Assembly: GCA_003446775.1 (NCBI GenBank)
Contig: DMCH01000158.1
Span: forward strand, 21,650 to 85,649
Length of the DNA: 64,000 nucleotides
Direction: 5' to 3'
From: Chloroflexota bacterium
GTDB taxonomy: Bacteria; Chloroflexota; Dormibacteria; Dormibacterales; Dormibacteraceae
The notes below the pieces were generated by a model. That model ran no database searches. It was not told where the DNA came from and worked only from the letters and a program-made list of their open reading frames with translations. The position numbers were made by a program, and so were the translations under genes. This document shows positions 42,416-51,886 of the stretch, piece by piece. The first letter of the stretch is position 1, and each line of letters opens with the position of its first letter.

Positions 42416-43615
42416 ATGGCTCGTCATTTGAACGCGATCTCACGGGTCGGCGTGGTCGGCCTCGGCACCATCGGAACTCAGGAGCTCGCCCTCTGGCAGC
42501 GGTCAGGCCACCAGACCGTGGGCTACGACGTTTCCGAGTCGCGCGTGCGGGCACTGAGCACGGCGGCGAACGCGAAACCGGGCTCGCGCCTCACCACTCG
42601 GGCCGCCGACCTGAACGACGCCAACGTCCTCATCCTCTGCCTGCCCAACCTGGCGCCGACCGGCGAGAACAGCATGGCCGCGTTCGACCGTTTCGTGACC
42701 GATGCGCAATCGTTCGAGGCCAAGGACCGGTTGATCGTCGTCGCAAGCACGGTGCCCATCGGCTTCACCCGCGAGCTGGCCGCCCGCTTCGGCGTGCACG
42801 GGCGCCTGGTCGCGCACGCCCCCGAGCGATTCGATCCCGGTCGCGGCACCGAGCTGGGCGAGATCCCACGCGTGGTCGGGGCGACGAGCGCCGAGGCCTT
42901 GAGGCTGACGATCGACCTGTATAAGGAAGCAGGCGTCACCACGCATCCCGTGGACCCGGTCGAGGTGGCGGAGGCATCGAAGCTGCTGGAGAACTCCTTC
43001 CGGCTGGTCAACATCGCATTCATCAACGAGTTCGCCGAGCTCTGCCGGCGGCTGGGCATCACAGCCGCGGACGTGATCGACGCCGCCGCCACGAAGCCCT
43101 TCGCCTTCATGGCCCATCAGCCCGGCGTCGGCGCGGGCGGCACCTGCATCCCCACCATGCCGCGCTACCTCCTGGACGCGGCGAGGCGCAGCGGCCTCGA
43201 GATGCCGATCCTGCAGGACGCCGTCACCGGCAACGAGCAGGTCATCGAGCGTGTGGCCGAGCACCTTCGGGAGCTGCTGGCCGCCGGCGGCATCGCGCGC
43301 GGCCGGGTGCTCGTGGTCGGCGCGTCCTACAAGCCCAACTATCCGGACGCGCGTGCCTCGGCCGCCCTCGCCTTCGCGCGCGGGCTCGCGGCTCACCATT
43401 CGGTGGTCGTCTACGACCCCATCGTGGACACGACCAACTTTCCCAAGGAGGTCGAGCTCGTGCGCGGGATCCCCGACACCCGCTTCGATGCCGTGGTCAT
43501 TGCGCTCAAGCACCGCGACACCGACCTCGCCGCACTCCGCCGGCTGAGCCCGATTCTCATCGACCTGGTGCGCGGCGCTGTTGAGGTGACCGAGTCGCTG
43601 TCGACACGAAAGTAG
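42416..43615 (+). CDS. Nucleotide-sugar dehydrogenase (UDP-N-acetyl-hexosamine dehydrogenase-like, WbpA/WecC/TviB type)
   Basis: VGVVGLGTIGTQ, ASKLLENSFRLVNIAFINEFAELC, GVGAGGTCIP (catalytic Cys), and GASYKPNYPDARASAA. Confidence 0.8.
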   Translation: MARHLNAISRVGVVGLGTIGTQELALWQRSGHQTVGYDVSESRVRALSTAANAKPGSRLTTRAADLNDANVLILCLPNLAPTGENSMAAFDRFVTDAQSFEAKDRLIVVASTVPIGFTRELAARFGVHGRLVAHAPERFDPGRGTELGEIPRVVGATSAEALRLTIDLYKEAGVTTHPVDPVEVAEASKLLENSFRLVNIAFINEFAELCRRLGITAADVIDAAATKPFAFMAHQPGVGAGGTCIPTMPRYLLDAARRSGLEMPILQDAVTGNEQVIERVAEHLRELLAAGGIARGRVLVVGASYKPNYPDARASAALAFARGLAAHHSVVVYDPIVDTTNFPKEVELVRGIPDTRFDAVVIALKHRDTDLAALRRLSPILIDLVRGAVEVTESLSTRK

Positions 43616-43632
43616 AAGAGGACGTCCGCGCC

Positions 43633-44853
43633 ATGCGGATCTGGATCGTCAACCACTACGCGGATCCTCCGGACGGCTTGGCCACCCGAAGCTTCGACAT
43701 CGGGCGGCGGTGGGTGGAAAAGGGTGACCCGACCACCATCTTCGCCTGCAGCTTCAGCCACTACCACATGCAGCCGGCGCGCAAGCTGGGGTGGCGGTGG
43801 TGGCGCGAGGAGGACATCGAGGGAGTGCGCTACGTCTGGATCGCCGCCCCGGGCTATCGCGGCAACGATTGGCGCCGCGTGCTCAACATGCTCGTCTTCA
43901 GCGCCCTCGCCTTCTTGGCCGGCGCGCTCCGGCGCGAGCGGCCGCAGGTCGTGGTCGGCGTCTCCGTCCATCCACTCGCGGCCCTCAGCGGCTACTTTCT
44001 CGCCCGGATCAAGGGTGCCCGTTTCTTCTTCGAGGTCACCGACCTGTGGCCGGAGACACTCATCGATTTCGGCCGCCTGAGTCCAGACGGGCGCGCGGCC
44101 CGGTGGATGCGAAGCCTCGAGCGCTACCTGTTCCGGCGCGCGGAACGCATCGTCATGCTCTGGCGCCACACGGACGCATACGTCGAGTCTCAGGGCGTCT
44201 CGCCGGCCAAGATCCTGTGGGTGCCGCACGGCGTCGAGCTCGCGCGCTACGAGGAGCTTGAGCCCTACGACGGAGGACTGGCACGCCCTTTCCGGATCAT
44301 GTTCCTGGGCGGGTTCGTGGCGTCCAACTCGCTCGACGCCATCCTGGACGCCGCCGCGCTGCTTCAGGAGAGCGGCCGCGACGACATCAAATTCCTGCTC
44401 ATCGGCTCGGGGCAGGAGAGGGAAAGCCTCATCAAGCGGGCGACGGCTATGCGGCTGCGCAATGTCGAGTTCAGGCCCTCGGTGCCCAAGCGCGAGGTGG
44501 GCAGGGTGATGGGCGAGGCGGATGCTTTCATCTACGGCCTTCGGGACCTGCCGCTGTACAGGTTCGGCATCAGCCTCAACAAGCTCACCGACTACCTGGC
44601 GGCAGGGAGGCCGATCGTGTTCTTTGGGAGGTCGAGCTACGATCCGGTTCGTGATGCGGAGGCGGGATTCAGCGTGCCGCCTGGCGACACGAAGGGCCTG
44701 GCGGACGCGATCGAGGGCCTGGTCGCGCTGACGCCACAAGAAAGGATGGAGATGGGCGAGCGCGGCCGGCGCTATCTGCTCGAGCATCACAACATCCCTG
44801 GCCTGGCCGACCGTCTCCTCGAGGTCTTCGAAGCGACCAGGGCGCCCGCGTGA
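43633..44853 (+). CDS. GT4-family glycosyltransferase (WbuB-like)
   Basis: MRIWIVNHYADPPDGLATRSFDIGRRWVEKGD, a WbuB-type N-terminus. The C-terminal half has the GT-B EX7E-like region. Confidence 0.75.
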   Translation: MRIWIVNHYADPPDGLATRSFDIGRRWVEKGDPTTIFACSFSHYHMQPARKLGWRWWREEDIEGVRYVWIAAPGYRGNDWRRVLNMLVFSALAFLAGALRRERPQVVVGVSVHPLAALSGYFLARIKGARFFFEVTDLWPETLIDFGRLSPDGRAARWMRSLERYLFRRAERIVMLWRHTDAYVESQGVSPAKILWVPHGVELARYEELEPYDGGLARPFRIMFLGGFVASNSLDAILDAAALLQESGRDDIKFLLIGSGQERESLIKRATAMRLRNVEFRPSVPKREVGRVMGEADAFIYGLRDLPLYRFGISLNKLTDYLAAGRPIVFFGRSSYDPVRDAEAGFSVPPGDTKGLADAIEGLVALTPQERMEMGERGRRYLLEHHNIPGLADRLLEVFEATRAPA

Positions 44854-47366
44854 GGCGCGACTACATCACCACGTTCATCACTGAGGCGTTGGTCGTCGCC
44901 GGCTACCTCTTGGCGTTCAAGCTGGTGGCCGACAACCTCGGCGCGGCCGGATTCGGCGAGTACGCCCTGGCGCGAAGGACGCTGTCGCTGCTGCTGCCGC
45001 TGGGAGTCTTGGGGCTCGACATCGGCATCACGCGATACGTCTCCTACGCCGCCGCCGATCGCTCTTCCCGCTCGGCCGGCTACGTGCCGGCGGGGTTGAT
45101 CCTGATGGCGGTCGCCGTCGCCGTCATGAGCGCCGTCCTGCTTCTGTTCAGTGGCTTCTGGGCCCAGCTCTTCTTCGGCTCCGACACTTACGCCGGCACA
45201 GTGATGAGCATTCCGCCGCTGCTTGCGGGCGGCGCGCTCCACGTCGCGGCCTACGGCTACCTGCGCGGCCTGGCCAAGGTCCAGAAGGCCAATCTCTTAA
45301 TGGCCGTCAACCACTTCGTGGTGCCGGTGCTCTCCGTCGTCCTGTTCGGACATTCCGTCAGCGCGCTCCTCATCGCGATGGGCGTGGGCTGGACGCTGGT
45401 CTCGCTCGTGCCGCTGGTCCGCCTGCCCATGACGACTCTCGACCTGCGCGCCAGGATCAGGGAGCTCGCACGCTTCGGAATCCCGCGTGTGCCCGGCGAC
45501 GTCGTCCAGCTGTTGCTGTTCGCGATGCCCGGCATCCTGGTCGCCCATTCGTCCAACATCCGCATCGCCGGCATCGTCGCGTTCGGCGTGGCGGCCGTCA
45601 GCATGATCGGCTCCGGCCTCACGCCGGTCAGCTTCGTACTGCTGCCGGTGGCGGCGCGACTATTCGCATCGGGCTCGGTGAGACAGCTGCGCGCCGAGAT
45701 CGTCGAGGTCGTCGGCATCACGATGGCCGGGACGGTGCTGCTGGTAGTCATCCTCGAGGTGTTCGCCGGCCCGATCGTCAGCGTCTATCTCGGCCCCGGC
45801 TTTTCCAGCAGCGTCGACATCCTTCGACTGACGCTGCTTGGCGCTCTGCCGTGGGGCGTCTTCGTGACGCTGCGCAGCGTCGTCGATGCGCGCCACGTGC
45901 ACCCCATCAACGCCAGGAACATGGTCATCTCCTTCGCCGGGTTCGTGGTGCTTGCTGTTCTTCTTCGCCGCGTGACCGACGACACCACCAGCGCCGTGCT
46001 CGCGTTCGTGCTCGCGCTCTACCTGCTGGCGGCCCTCACGCTCATCGAGGTCAACCGGATTGCCGACATCGCCGGCCGCCCGATGGAGCGTAGACCCCTC
46101 GTGCTGGCACGAATCGCGATGCTCGCCGGCGTGCCGATCGCCGTGCTGGTCAGCTCGCCGCAACGGGTCGTGCTTTCAGCTCTGGTCACGGCCGCCTTCA
46201 TCGTGCTGGCGTTGGTCTCTTTCAAATGGAGCCGGGCCAACCGCTTGATGCTGGCTTACGTCGGCGCCGCGGCCGCCTGGATGATCATCTCCTGGCTCCG
46301 CACCAAGTACCTGCTCCACCTCACGCCCGACCAGCTCGATTACGGCACCTCGAAAGTCACGTATTTCGCGTTCATCGTCCTGCCCATGGGCGCGGCGGTT
46401 GCGATGATGATCGACCGCGCCGAGGACGCATGGCCCGCGGCGGCATCACAGCTCGTGATCGGCGTCGGCATCGGCCTGATCACCGTCGCCCTCCTCGGCG
46501 ACAAGTTCCTCGGAGTCGACCGCTACACGTGGCAGGGCAACCTGATCGCGCTCGGCACACTGGTCGCGATCCAACCCTGGCTGATCAAGAACCTCTGGGC
46601 CTCGGCGGCGATCGGCGTGCTGGGAGTGGGCGGGGTCGTGTTCGCGGGCGGACGCCAGTCCCTGGCCGCGTTCCTGATCGCCCTGGTGCTCGTCGCATTC
46701 TATTGGGCGGCGGCTCGGTTCATACGCGAAGCGGGTGGAACCGGGCAGCGGGTCCGCAAGGCGGTGGCCGACCGGTACGTCGCCCTGCCCGTGGCCCTGG
46801 TCCTGCTGACCGTGGCGGGGATCGGTGTGACCTACGTCGCCCACCTGCCGTGCAACTGCGTCACGGAGCGCATCGTCAGCCTCGAGGCCAACGGTCCGGG
46901 GGACCGCGACAAGCTGCTCGCGCACGGATTCGCGCTCCTCGGGCAGAGCCCGGTGCTCGGGACCGGCGTGGGCTCGTTCGCGGGCGTCATCCCCAACACC
47001 AGCACGATCGGGACCACGATCGGAGGCGTGTACCAGTATCCCCACAACGTGCCGCTCGAGGTCGCGGCCGAGACCGGGCTGATCGGATTCCTACTCCTCT
47101 TCGTGCCGCTGCTCGCCACCTGGTTGGCCTTGTTCTGGATCGGCATCCAGCGGGCGTCGCCCGCGATCGCGGCCCTCCTGTCATTCGTGGCCATCTTCTT
47201 CGTGGTCGCCAACCTGAGCGGCGACATCCCGAGCAATCGAGGCATGTGGGTTTTCGGGATCGTGGCGCTCAAGCTCGGGATCGACGCCTGGCAGGCCCGC
47301 GCCGCCAACGCCGAGTCGCCAAGCGCGGCCCGACAGCGGGTTGACGCCCCCGCGCCGGTCTCGTAA
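44850..47366 (+). CDS. Fused Wzx-like flippase (N-terminal ~420 aa) and Wzy_C polymerase/ligase-like (C-terminal ~410 aa) membrane protein
   Basis: Single uninterrupted 838-aa ORF. GTG 44850 overlaps the upstream stop (GTGA). The N-half has FGEYALARRTLSLLLPLGVLGLD and RELARFGIPRVPGDVVQLLLF. The C-half has GGRQSLAAFLIALVLV and VLGTGVGSFAGV...YQYPHNVPLEVAAETGLIGFLLLF. Confidence 0.7.
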   Translation: MRRDYITTFITEALVVAGYLLAFKLVADNLGAAGFGEYALARRTLSLLLPLGVLGLDIGITRYVSYAAADRSSRSAGYVPAGLILMAVAVAVMSAVLLLFSGFWAQLFFGSDTYAGTVMSIPPLLAGGALHVAAYGYLRGLAKVQKANLLMAVNHFVVPVLSVVLFGHSVSALLIAMGVGWTLVSLVPLVRLPMTTLDLRARIRELARFGIPRVPGDVVQLLLFAMPGILVAHSSNIRIAGIVAFGVAAVSMIGSGLTPVSFVLLPVAARLFASGSVRQLRAEIVEVVGITMAGTVLLVVILEVFAGPIVSVYLGPGFSSSVDILRLTLLGALPWGVFVTLRSVVDARHVHPINARNMVISFAGFVVLAVLLRRVTDDTTSAVLAFVLALYLLAALTLIEVNRIADIAGRPMERRPLVLARIAMLAGVPIAVLVSSPQRVVLSALVTAAFIVLALVSFKWSRANRLMLAYVGAAAAWMIISWLRTKYLLHLTPDQLDYGTSKVTYFAFIVLPMGAAVAMMIDRAEDAWPAAASQLVIGVGIGLITVALLGDKFLGVDRYTWQGNLIALGTLVAIQPWLIKNLWASAAIGVLGVGGVVFAGGRQSLAAFLIALVLVAFYWAAARFIREAGGTGQRVRKAVADRYVALPVALVLLTVAGIGVTYVAHLPCNCVTERIVSLEANGPGDRDKLLAHGFALLGQSPVLGTGVGSFAGVIPNTSTIGTTIGGVYQYPHNVPLEVAAETGLIGFLLLFVPLLATWLALFWIGIQRASPAIAALLSFVAIFFVVANLSGDIPSNRGMWVFGIVALKLGIDAWQARAANAESPSAARQRVDAPAPVS

Positions 47367-47434
47367 GCTGCCGCTGATCGCCGTCTCGGCGCCCGTCGAG
47401 CGCGCCCTTTAGCACACACTTCTAGACGCATCGA

Positions 47435-49375
47435 ATGAGCATCAACATCCCGAGGACGGCGCAGCCCCAGCCGAGAACAGGCCTTTGGCCGCTCATCGGC
47501 CGCAAGCTGCGCGCGGTCGCCCGCTACTCGCCCGGCTTCTTCGCCGAGGTTTTGATCTTCTGGGTGATGCTGGAGGCTTTCCAGCAGCTCAACTACGGGG
47601 GCCGCATCATCACGGCGGCGCAATCGCGACCAACGCTGCTGCTGTCGATCGCATTCGTGGTGCTCGCGCTAGGCGCGGGCGAGGCCCATTTCGGTCTGTA
47701 CCGCCGCATCTGGAAAGTGGCGGGCATCCATGACGCCATCGCCACCGGCTTCGCCGTGACCGAGGCTGCGCTCCTCCTCACCCTGGCCAACTGGGTCCTG
47801 CCGAGCGACTACCGCCTCTGGCGCCTGGGGGTCCCGCTCCTCGCCACCCCGGCTGCCCTCATCGGCATCGGCCTGTTCCGCCTGCTGCCCCGCCTCCTCT
47901 CCCGGTCGCCGGCGAGCGGCAGCCGGCTCGTGATCGTGACCGACTCCGCATCGCTCCCGGCGGTCAAGGAGCTCGTTCAGTCGCCGAGCCCCGAGTGGCA
48001 GGCGGTCGGCATCGTGACCAAGGATTCCTCTCAGCTGCATCACACGGTCCTGGGCGTGCCGGTGGTCGGGGAGGCGAACAACCTGGCGCACTGGCTCAAA
48101 GCCACCGATGCCGGCGGGGTCGCCTTTGTGTTCGAGAGCGACGCCAGCCCCGAGGACAGAAAGCTGTTCAACATCTGCCTCGAAGCGGGCCTTCCCCTCT
48201 TCATCCTGCCGGGTGCCGAGGCCTGGTTCCACCGCCGGCGCGGCACCCGATTGCGGCAGTTGTCGGCCGACGACCTGGTCGGCCGCACCCATCGCGAGCT
48301 GGAGGTGGAGCAGGCTCGCGCCGACGTGACGGGAAAGACGGTGCTCGTAACCGGCGCCGCGGGCTCCATCGGCGCCGAGCTCAGCCGCATGCTGGCCGGC
48401 CTGCAGCCGCGACGCATGGTGCTGGTCGACAACAACGAGAGCGGCCTCTTCGACATCGCCGAGGAATTGCGCATGGACATGTCCATGGACGTCCGCGAAG
48501 CGCTCGTGTCGGTGGCCGACCGCGAGCCGCTGCTCCAGGTGTTCGCCGACGAGCGGCCGCACATGGTCTTCCATGCCGCCGCTTACAAGCACGTACCGAT
48601 GCTGGAGGCACACCCGGCGCAGGCGGTGATCACTAACGTGGTCGGGACGCGCAACACGCTGCAGTGCGCCGAGGCGGCCGGCGTGACAACGTTCGTGCTC
48701 ATCTCGACCGACAAGGCGGTCGGCCGGCAATCGGTGATGGGCTGCACCAAGCGCGTGTGCGAGCAGATGATCCTGGGCTGGCAGGGCGAGATGACGTGCT
48801 GGGCCGTGCGCTTTGGCAACGTCGTGGGCAGCAGGGGCAGTGTGGTGCCCCTCTTCGAGCGGCAGATCATGCAGGGCGGGCCGGTGACGATCACCCACCC
48901 CGAGATGACGCGCTACATGATGACGATCCGCGAGGCGGTGGCCCTCGTCATCCGGACTCTCACGATTGCCAAAGCCCGCCACGTCTACATGCTGGACATG
49001 GGCGAGCCGATCAAGATCGTCAACCTCGCCGAATCCCTGGTGCGCGCGCGAGGCCTGCGCCCCGGCGCCGACATCGAGATCGTCTACACCGGTCTACGCC
49101 CCGGTGAGCAGCTGCACGAAGAGCTGCTCGGCCCCGACGAGGGATCGCGGCCGACCGACCACCCCGCCATCATGGAGGTCGTCTCGCCGAACACGTTCAG
49201 TCCCGCCGACCTCGATTGGACGGTCACACGCCTCGAGAAGCTGGCCCATGAAGGTCGAGTCGACGAGCTCGTGCGAGCGCTCAAGACCGCCGCCGGGAGC
49301 CCGCCCCCGCAGCGAACCGAGGAGCCGCGCATCGAGCGACGGCGGGAGAGCCGGAAGGTTGGCGATGACGTCTAA
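47435..49375 (+). CDS. CapD/WbpM/PglF-type membrane-anchored nucleotide-sugar 4,6-dehydratase
   Basis: N-terminal TM segments, then KTVLVTGAAGSIGAEL, FHAAAYKHVPMLE, VLISTDKAV and MGCTKR. Confidence 0.85.
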   Translation: MSINIPRTAQPQPRTGLWPLIGRKLRAVARYSPGFFAEVLIFWVMLEAFQQLNYGGRIITAAQSRPTLLLSIAFVVLALGAGEAHFGLYRRIWKVAGIHDAIATGFAVTEAALLLTLANWVLPSDYRLWRLGVPLLATPAALIGIGLFRLLPRLLSRSPASGSRLVIVTDSASLPAVKELVQSPSPEWQAVGIVTKDSSQLHHTVLGVPVVGEANNLAHWLKATDAGGVAFVFESDASPEDRKLFNICLEAGLPLFILPGAEAWFHRRRGTRLRQLSADDLVGRTHRELEVEQARADVTGKTVLVTGAAGSIGAELSRMLAGLQPRRMVLVDNNESGLFDIAEELRMDMSMDVREALVSVADREPLLQVFADERPHMVFHAAAYKHVPMLEAHPAQAVITNVVGTRNTLQCAEAAGVTTFVLISTDKAVGRQSVMGCTKRVCEQMILGWQGEMTCWAVRFGNVVGSRGSVVPLFERQIMQGGPVTITHPEMTRYMMTIREAVALVIRTLTIAKARHVYMLDMGEPIKIVNLAESLVRARGLRPGADIEIVYTGLRPGEQLHEELLGPDEGSRPTDHPAIMEVVSPNTFSPADLDWTVTRLEKLAHEGRVDELVRALKTAAGSPPPQRTEEPRIERRRESRKVGDDV

Positions 49376-50132
49376 GACCGAGAAGCGAGACTCGAAGCCC
49401 CTGCGCACCCCGCAGGAGGTGATGGTCGCCGAGGAGCTGGAGAAGATCTTCCTGGCCAGCACCGACCCGGTCGCGACCCGGCTGGAGAACTTCACGAAAT
49501 ACGTTCGCCGCCAGCACCTCACGCGCTTTCTCGCCCTTTACGAGGTGTTCAAGCGGGCGCTCCCGGTCAAGGGTTCGGTAGTCGAATGCGGAGTCAACCG
49601 GGGCTTCGGCCTGATGGCCTGGGCGAAGCTCAGCGCCGTGCTCGAGCCGGTCAACCTGACCCGGCGCATCTACGGCTTCGACAGCTTCGCCGGCTTCCCG
49701 TCCGTCACAGAGAAGGACAGGACGGGGCCGGCCTGGGAGACCGCCGCGCCAGGAGCCCTGCGCGCGGACTCCTACGCCGAGCTGCAGACTCTGATCGAGC
49801 TCAACGACAAGGACCGGTTCCTCGGCCACATCCCCAAGATCGAGCTCATCAAGGGCGATGCCACCAAGACGATTCCTGCTTTCGTCGCCGATCATCCACA
49901 CCTGGTCGTGAGCCTTCTCTTCCTGGACTTCGACCTGTACGAGCCGACGAAGGTGGCGCTGGAGCATTTCGTGCCGAGGATGCCGAAGGGCGCGATCATC
50001 GCCTTCGACGAGCTGGACAATCCGCTGTGGCCAGGCGAGACGAATGCTCTCATCGACACGATCGGCATGGGCAAGCTGCACCTGGAACGCCTGGAGTTCG
50101 ACCCCTACATCGCTTTTGCGAGAATCTCTTAA
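49365..50132 (+). CDS. TylF/MycF-family (macrocin-O-methyltransferase-like) SAM-dependent methyltransferase
   Basis: ATG 49365 (MTSKTEKRD) inside track ORF 48966..50132. Motifs: VVECGVNRGFGLMAW, KGDATKTIPAF, SLLFLDFDLYEPTKVALEHF. Overlaps the upstream gene by 11 nt. Confidence 0.75.
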   Translation: MTSKTEKRDSKPLRTPQEVMVAEELEKIFLASTDPVATRLENFTKYVRRQHLTRFLALYEVFKRALPVKGSVVECGVNRGFGLMAWAKLSAVLEPVNLTRRIYGFDSFAGFPSVTEKDRTGPAWETAAPGALRADSYAELQTLIELNDKDRFLGHIPKIELIKGDATKTIPAFVADHPHLVVSLLFLDFDLYEPTKVALEHFVPRMPKGAIIAFDELDNPLWPGETNALIDTIGMGKLHLERLEFDPYIAFARIS

Positions 50133-50948
50133 GTGACGGACGAGGAAACGCGGGCGCTGGCCCGCACGCTGCGCGCGCACTCGCTGCGGATGATCAGCTC
50201 GGCCAAGACCTCTCACATCGGCTCGTGTCTGTCCCTGGCCGACATCCTCGCGGTCCTCTATGGCAGCGTGCTCCGCGTCGACCCCAAGAAGCCCGACTGG
50301 CCGGATCGGGACCGCCTCATCGTGTCCAAGGGTCACGCGGCGGCGGTCACCTACGCGGCGGTGGCAGAGGCCGGCTTCATGCCGATCGAGCGCCTGGGCG
50401 AGTACGCACGCAACGGCGGCCAGCTCTACGGCCACGTGACACACGCGGGCGTCCCGGGCGTCGAGATGTCCAGCGGGTCGCTCGGCCACGGCCTGCCGGT
50501 CGGCACCGGGATGGCCCTGACGGGCAAGCGCGAGGGCCGCCCCTGGCGCGTGTTCGTGTTGATGAGCGACGGCGAATGCGATGAAGGCTCCAACTGGGAG
50601 GCGATGATGTTCGCCGCCCACCACAAGCTCGACAACCTCACGATCGTCATCGACTACAACAAGATCCAGAGCCTTGACTTCGTCGACAAGACGATCGGCC
50701 TCGAGCCCCTGGCGGACAAGTTCACCGCGTTCGGCTGGGGCGTGCGCGAGGTCGACGGTCACGACGTCAGCGCTTTGCGTCGCACCCTGGAGTCGGTGCC
50801 GATCGAGCCCGGGAAGCCGAATGCGATCATCGCCCACACCGTCAAGGGCAAGGGCGTGAGCTGGATGGAGAACAAGGTCCTGTGGCACTACCGGCAGCCC
50901 GCCGAGGACGAGCTTGCGAAAGCGCTGGCGGAGGTGGCGGCCTCATGA
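50133..50948 (+). CDS. Transketolase, N-terminal (ThDP pyrophosphate-binding) subunit
   Basis: SHIGSCLSLADILAVLYG, DRLIVSKGHAA, and GSLGHGLPVGTGMAL...LMSDGECDEGSNWEA. Confidence 0.85.
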   Translation: MTDEETRALARTLRAHSLRMISSAKTSHIGSCLSLADILAVLYGSVLRVDPKKPDWPDRDRLIVSKGHAAAVTYAAVAEAGFMPIERLGEYARNGGQLYGHVTHAGVPGVEMSSGSLGHGLPVGTGMALTGKREGRPWRVFVLMSDGECDEGSNWEAMMFAAHHKLDNLTIVIDYNKIQSLDFVDKTIGLEPLADKFTAFGWGVREVDGHDVSALRRTLESVPIEPGKPNAIIAHTVKGKGVSWMENKVLWHYRQPAEDELAKALAEVAAS

Positions 50949-51886
50949 GGACCGCGTTCATCGAAACCCTCAACGAGCTCGCCGATAAGGACCCACGCGT
51001 GTGCTTGATCGTCGGCGACCTCGGCTACTCGGTGATCGAGGAGTTTGCCAGCAAGCATCCCGACCAGTTCGTCAACGCCGGCGTGGCCGAGCAGAACATG
51101 ATCGGGCTCGCCGTAGGCATGGCGCTAAGCGGCAAGGTCGTGTTCACCTACTCGATTGGCAATTTCGGCACGCTGCGCTGCCTGGAGCAGATCCGCAACG
51201 ACGTCTGCTATCACCGGGCGAACGTGAAGGTGGTCGCTGTCGGCGGCGGCCTCGCGTACGGCAATCTGGGCGTCACCCACCACGCCTCTGAGGACGTGGC
51301 CATCATGCGGGCGCTGCCGAACATGACGGTGGTCGCGCCCGGCGATCCCATCGAGGCGCGGCTGGCGACGAAGGCGGTCGTCGCGCTCGACGGACCGGCC
51401 TATCTGCGGCTAGGCAAAGCCGGCGAGCCGGTCGTGCACGCGGACGAGCCCGACTTTGCGCTAGGGCGCGCGATCACGATGCGGGAGGGTTCGGACCTCA
51501 CGCTCATCGCCAGCGGCAGCATGCTCGCGACGGCCGATCGCATCGCCGCCCAGCTGGCTGAGAAAGGCTTGAGCGTCCGGCTGCTGAGCATGCATACCAT
51601 CAAGCCGCTCGACCGCGAGGCAGTCATTCGCGCCGCCACCGAGACCCGCTTCGTGTTCACGCTCGAGGAGCACAGCATCGAAGGCGGACTCGGCGGCGCC
51701 GTCGCCGAGGTGATGGCCGAGCTCGACGGGGCGCGCGCGCCGTTGAAGCGCATCGGGCTGCGGCCCCAGTTCAATCAGGTGGTGGGCGATCAGAAATACT
51801 TGAAATCGCAGCACGGTCTCGACGAGGAGGGAGTGATGAAGACGATTCAACCGATCATCGCCGGGAGCTACCGACTTGTCGGTTAG
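50945..51886 (+). CDS. Transketolase, C-terminal (pyrimidine-binding) subunit
   Basis: ATG 50945 overlaps the upstream stop (ATGA). Reads MRTAFIETLNELADKDPRVCLIVGDLGYS...FVNAGVAEQNMIGLAVGMAL. Confidence 0.85.
   Translation: MRTAFIETLNELADKDPRVCLIVGDLGYSVIEEFASKHPDQFVNAGVAEQNMIGLAVGMALSGKVVFTYSIGNFGTLRCLEQIRNDVCYHRANVKVVAVGGGLAYGNLGVTHHASEDVAIMRALPNMTVVAPGDPIEARLATKAVVALDGPAYLRLGKAGEPVVHADEPDFALGRAITMREGSDLTLIASGSMLATADRIAAQLAEKGLSVRLLSMHTIKPLDREAVIRAATETRFVFTLEEHSIEGGLGGAVAEVMAELDGARAPLKRIGLRPQFNQVVGDQKYLKSQHGLDEEGVMKTIQPIIAGSYRLVG

Noticed and set aside
43411-44790. Long antisense or alternative-frame ORFs of 400-535 aa: 43411-44790, 49281-50888, 47669-48982, 39551-40909, 40774-41997, 8160-9377 and 10717-11955.
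   Set aside because: They lie opposite or out of frame to genes with strong family motifs. Their translations are Arg/Gly/Asp/His/Pro-rich with no motifs, the typical stop-poor frames of GC-rich DNA.
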